The notes beneath the pieces are model-generated. The model was given only the letters and a program-made list of their open reading frames with translations. It had not been told where the DNA came from and searched no databases. Source: an uncultured delta proteobacterium (GTDB taxonomy: Bacteria; Myxococcota; Myxococcia; SLRQ01). Taken from it: a stretch of DNA of 64,000 nucleotides. Within the stretch, counting starts at the first letter, position 1. Each line of letters starts with the position of its first letter. Below, piece by piece: positions 63,176-64,000 of the stretch. A program made the translations under genes and the position numbers. The DNA is taken from contig CAVSGM010000001.1 of the NCBI GenBank assembly GCA_963727485.1, positions 64,001-128,000 of the forward strand, written 5' to 3'.

Positions 63176-63868
63176 ATGAACGAGAACGCGATCCTGTCGC
63201 TGAAGGGCGTCACCAAGGTCTACCGCCAGGGGAAGGTCGACGTCCCCGCCCTCCGGGGCTTCGACCTCGAGGTGGGCAAGGGCGAGTTCCTCGCCCTCTC
63301 CGGGCCCTCGGGCTCCGGGAAGACCACCGCACTGAACCTCATCGGCGGCCTCGACCGGCCCACCTCGGGGACGGTGACCCTCGAGGGCCAGGACCTGGCG
63401 AGGCTCTCCCGACCGAAGCTCTCGCGCCTGCGCCGGGACCGGGTGGGCTTCGTGTTCCAGGCCTACAACCTCATCCCGGTGCTCACCGCCTACGAGAACG
63501 CCGAGTCGGTCCTGGCCCTCCAGGGGGCGCCGGTGGCCGAGCGGCGGCGGAAGGTCATGGCGCTCCTGGACGAGGTGGGCCTCGAGGGGATGGCGACCCG
63601 GCGCCCCGACGCCCTCTCCGGGGGCCAGCAGCAGCGGGTGGCCATCGTCCGGGCCATCGTCGCCGAGCCGGCGGTGGTGCTGGCCGACGAGCCCACCGCC
63701 AACGTCGACTCGGAGACCGCCGAGCGCCTGCTGGCGATCATGGAGCGCCTCAACCGGGAGCGTAAGGTCACCTTCATATTCTCCACCCACAATCCGAGGG
63801 TGATGGAGCGGGCCCACCGGGTGGTCCGGATGGTGGACGGAAGGGTGTCAGAGGACGTTCGGCGCTAG
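63176..63868 (+). CDS. ABC transporter ATP-binding protein (LolD/MacB-type)
   Basis: GPSGSGKTT, GFVFQ.YNL, LSGGQQQRVAI, ADEPTAN.D, STH. Confidence 0.96.
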   Translation: MNENAILSLKGVTKVYRQGKVDVPALRGFDLEVGKGEFLALSGPSGSGKTTALNLIGGLDRPTSGTVTLEGQDLARLSRPKLSRLRRDRVGFVFQAYNLIPVLTAYENAESVLALQGAPVAERRRKVMALLDEVGLEGMATRRPDALSGGQQQRVAIVRAIVAEPAVVLADEPTANVDSETAERLLAIMERLNRERKVTFIFSTHNPRVMERAHRVVRMVDGRVSEDVRR

Positions 63869-64000
63869 CGTCGCCGGCCGCCGGGTCCATGGTTTCCCCC
63901 GCCGGTCCTTGACGCCGGCCGGGGGACCGGTGTTCCTACAGCGTGAATGGCGCGTGCGCGGGCTGCGTACCAGCCGACACTCCCCGTCGGCCGCAGCGGC

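Noticed and set aside
63909..64000. Promoter and gene start at the window end
   Set aside because: TTGACG is present but there is no -10 at a proper spacing and too little downstream sequence to call a gene.

Overview
Very GC-rich chromosomal window, almost certainly from a myxobacterium (Myxococcota), judged from mglBA, Glt/Agl-like genes and the Cys-rich lipoproteins. Left to right: (1) a partial ECF sigma gene, then serS, four tRNA-Ser, tRNA-Arg(ACG), tadA, ffs (SRP RNA), dnaX, ybaB, recR. (2) mglB-mglA followed by a ~21 kb co-directional envelope cluster: three TPR proteins, a GltF-like protein, an embedded ExbB/ExbD/ExbD motor, a GltG/TonB-like protein, a coiled-coil protein, a cNMP-binding protein, an FG-GAP + 9x Ig-like secreted protein, and an outer-membrane barrel + short OPX (Wza) polysaccharide-export pair. 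(3) A minus-strand run pssA-pgpA-cinA-(GT-C-like membrane protein)-comM-recA-(FHA protein). (4) An alpha/beta hydrolase, a 1473-aa Cys-repeat lipoprotein, a non-coding array of four ~127-bp multi-hairpin repeats, and an RluA-family gene. (5) A five-gene operon: PEGA protein, Asp/Cys-repeat lipoprotein and a TPAT/TRAP-like transporter. (6) An IS481-family element with a TCTAGG target duplication, a cyclase, a tandem pair of TPR/DUF3857/transglutaminase-like proteins (one with the catalytic Cys, one without), and a TetR-headed MacB/LolCDE-type ABC operon. About 13 single-base frameshifts, including in recR and recA, look like long-read consensus errors. All family assignments are by eye from motifs; no database search was run, and M. 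xanthus comparisons are from memory.
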